Positions 61,233 through 64,000 of a stretch of 64,000 nt of DNA are shown in pieces. Position 1 is the first letter of the stretch; each line of letters starts with the position of its first letter. The stretch spans positions 12,772,001 through 12,836,000 of the forward strand of contig CM069154.1 of assembly GCA_035221665.1 (NCBI GenBank), read 5' to 3'. The notes beneath the pieces are model-generated. The model saw only the letters and a program-made list of their open reading frames with translations, was not told where the DNA came from and ran no database searches. Origin of the DNA: Okamejei kenojei (Eukaryota). The position numbers and the translations under genes were made by a program.

Positions 61233-63440
61233 AGGCAGCAACGTTCCAACAATCCTTTAGCACTGCGGACCGCGCGCTCGGCCAGTCTGTTGCTCTGCGG
61301 GTATTACGGGCTGCTGGTGTAATGACGAAAGCTCCATCGTTCGGCAAAAGCGCAGAACTTGTCACTGGTGAACTGGCTGCCGTTGTCCGACTGCAGGCTG
61401 GCTGGTGACCCGAAGGTGGCAAAGTGGCAGCGCAACTTCTCGATGACCGCGGAGGAAGAGAGGGAGTGGAGTTGGTCGACTTCAAACCAGCTGGAGTAAG
61501 AGTCGACAAGCACCAGGAAGTACTTGCCGTGCCACTCGAAGATGTCGGTTGCTAGCGCAGACCAGGGCAGGTTAGCATCTCCGGCTCGTGAACGAGCCTC
61601 TCCCTCCCCGGAGGCTCCGTATGCCCCCGCGCTGCCACTGTCGCGGCCCTTTCCTCTGGGGTCACCCCCCTCGTCCTCCTCCTGTCCGCCTCCCGGCTGC
61701 GGTCCCGCTTCCTCCGGCTTCCTCGCCCTTCTCTTCGCCGCCCCCCCCCCCCGATGCCTTCGTCGCCCAGGGGTTCTCCTGTCCGTAGCCCCCACCATGC
61801 CCCGGCATCGTCCCCGCTTGTTTCCGTCGGGGAAGGAGGTGATGGCGAGGTGCGGACCCGGACTGGTCGCCTGGTCAGGCCGCCGTGTACTTGGCCAGGG
61901 ACTTCAACTGACTGGAGGGCACGAAATTAACGTTTAGGACTATCAGATCGGATGCCTCGTATGGATGTCGGGTTGCGGATGAGAGAGGCACCCGAGACAG
62001 CGTGTCAGCAACAAACATGTCCTTGCCCTTGCAATAAACCACTGTGAAAGTGAAGCGTTGTAGCTGGAGCATCATGCGCTGGAGCCGGGAGGAGGCCATG
62101 TGTATCGCCTTGTTGAGGATGGTGACCAGAGGCTGGTGGTCCGTCTCGACAGTGAAGCAGTTGCCCAGAATATAGTCCTTGAATTTGGAGCAGGCAAAGA
62201 TAACAGCCAGCAGCTCCTTTTCAATCTGGGCATAGTGTTGTTCAGCGGTCGTCATTGTGCGGGATGCATAGGACACGGGCAGTTGCACCCTGTCATGGAT
62301 CTGCAGGCAGGCGGCCCCGAGGCCAAACTTAGATGCATCACATGTGAGGACGATGGGGTGCTGGAGGTCCAAGTACTTCAGCGTTGGCATGCTGATCAGC
62401 TTAGATTTGAGGGTGTCAAATGCTTTCTGGTGTTGCGGGAACCAGGCCCAGGCAGAGTCCTTTTTCACCAGATCCCGCAGAGGGGCACTCAGTTCACTCA
62501 GGTCAGGGATGAACTTTCCCAGGTAGTCGACCATGCCCAAGAAGCGCTGTAGGCCAGGCACGTCCGCAGGTTCAGGCATCTCGGATATTGCGGCCGTCTT
62601 CTGCGGGTCAGGCTTCAGCCCCGATGCAGTGAAGACATGCCCCACGTAGGTGACCTCAGGGACCCGGAATCGGCACTTCTTCGGGTTGAGCTTCGGGCCC
62701 GCTGCAGCACCTGGCGAAGGTGGTGGTCGTGCTCAGCGACATTCTTCCCATAAACCAGGATGTCGTCGACAATGATTGCACACGGAAGTCCAGCAAACAG
62801 TTGTTCCATGGTCCCTTGGAACACCTCGCTGGCAGAGTTGATCCCAAACGGCATGCGGAGGAAGCGATACCTGCCGAAGGGCGTGCTGAAGGTCGTCAGG
62901 TGCGAGGATCGCTCATCTAGAGGTATCTGCCAGAACGAACTCTTGGCATCAAGAACCGAGAACACGGTGGCAGGGCCGACCTGTGCAGCAACATCCTCCA
63001 CCGTCCGCATGGGATAGTGCAGGCGCCTGATGGCCAAGTTCAAGTCCTTAGGGTTGATGCAGATCCGTATTTCGCTCGTCTTTCTTCGCAGCGACAACCA
63101 TAGTGGAGACCCACTGGGTGGAGTCCGTGACTGGCTTCAGGATGCCCGTGGCCACCATCTTGCGAAGAGCAGACTCGACCTTGCCCCTCATGGGAAAGGA
63201 CACACGGTGCGGGGGACAGATGACCGGCGTGATGTCGGGATTGAGGGCAATCTTGTAGCTGCAGGGCAACTTCCCTAGCTTCGAGTCAAACCGGTCAGGG
63301 AATTCGACCAGCGGATTCAGGGGTGCCTCTACCAGGTGGACATCGCTGTGGAAGCTCACCAATCCGAGGTCCTGGCAGGCCTCCACGCCGAGCAGGGGGT
63401 CACATTTACCGTCTAGCAGGAAGAAAGAGAGGGGCCGATT
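61233..63440 (-). mobile_element. Rearranged Gypsy pol remnant (protease end, RT, RNase H, integrase core; one segment on +)
   Basis: LDAKSSFWQI, RMPFGINSASEVFQ, IIVDDILVYG, CDASKFGLGA, YAQIEKELLAV, ETDHQPL, LVLVDSYS, SDNGSQF. Confidence 0.92.
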
Positions 63441-64000
63441 CAACCATTCCCAATCCAATGAATGGTTGAATTGAAACTACCAGTTTTTTCACCACACATC
63501 ACCTGCCCTGATGATTACCACAACTCAGTTTTACTTGATTTCCAGCATCTACAATATATTGTCTCAATGAATCTATTAAGCTAGAACATAGTAACATTTC
63601 CTGAAGAATTTGTGATGAAAGGATGCATGCTTTCAACATTACAGGAGGATTGTGCAATTATTGCTGGAAGAAGAAATATCACTTTCTGGCTTTTGGCCCA
63701 GAGAGCATATTTCTGAAAATAGTAATCGACAAGACGGACAAATTAACCTGGTTCATTTTCAGCACATTATTGAGAAGTAAGGGCTTTATAGACAATCGCA
63801 AGGTAAACAGGTTTCACTTGCCTGCGAGCTAGAAAAAATTTTGCGATATCATGTCCAATAGAATTTGTGCTGTTCCTAGTTACATACTAAACATTCCCGA
63901 CACTACTGGATAATCAGTTTTTATCAATGTTGTTTTTTCCACGAACGAAACCAACTGTCCCATGTGCATTTTGGTGAAGAGTCTCCTAATGGAAATCATA

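Noticed and set aside
61230-63440. CpG island or CSDE1 promoter
   Set aside because: The GC/CpG richness is fully explained by Gypsy pol sequence; no first exon seen

Overview
Vertebrate genomic DNA, most likely from a cartilaginous fish such as a skate or ray (inferred from the HE1/V-SINE and CR1 repeat families). The window lies inside CSDE1 (UNR, cold shock domain-containing E1) on the minus strand. I read a 353-nt non-coding 5' UTR exon (55581-55933) and an alternative exon encoding a 45-aa N-terminal extension (44712-44853). Twelve phase-consistent coding exons run from the canonical ATG at 42731 to 3505 (1646 nt, all GT-AG). The first exon and promoter and the last coding exons lie outside the window. 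The introns hold CR1 and L2/Rex-like LINE fragments, V-SINEs, Penelope-like remnants, a Tc1 fragment, a Harbinger-type MITE, two decayed Gypsy LTR elements and a 541-N assembly gap. Main observations: (1) a ~90-140 bp mobile element with target-site duplications (TSDs) that starts with a minimal hammerhead-ribozyme core and is linked to Penelope GIY-YIG remnants; (2) two candidate microexons of 35 and 34 nt that each break the frame alone but restore it together; (3) an apparently deeply conserved IRES-like 5' UTR exon and N-terminal extension exon; (4) a scrambled Gypsy element whose breakpoint falls exactly at the end of the 18-nt primer-binding site. All comparisons with human CSDE1 are from recall and need alignment.
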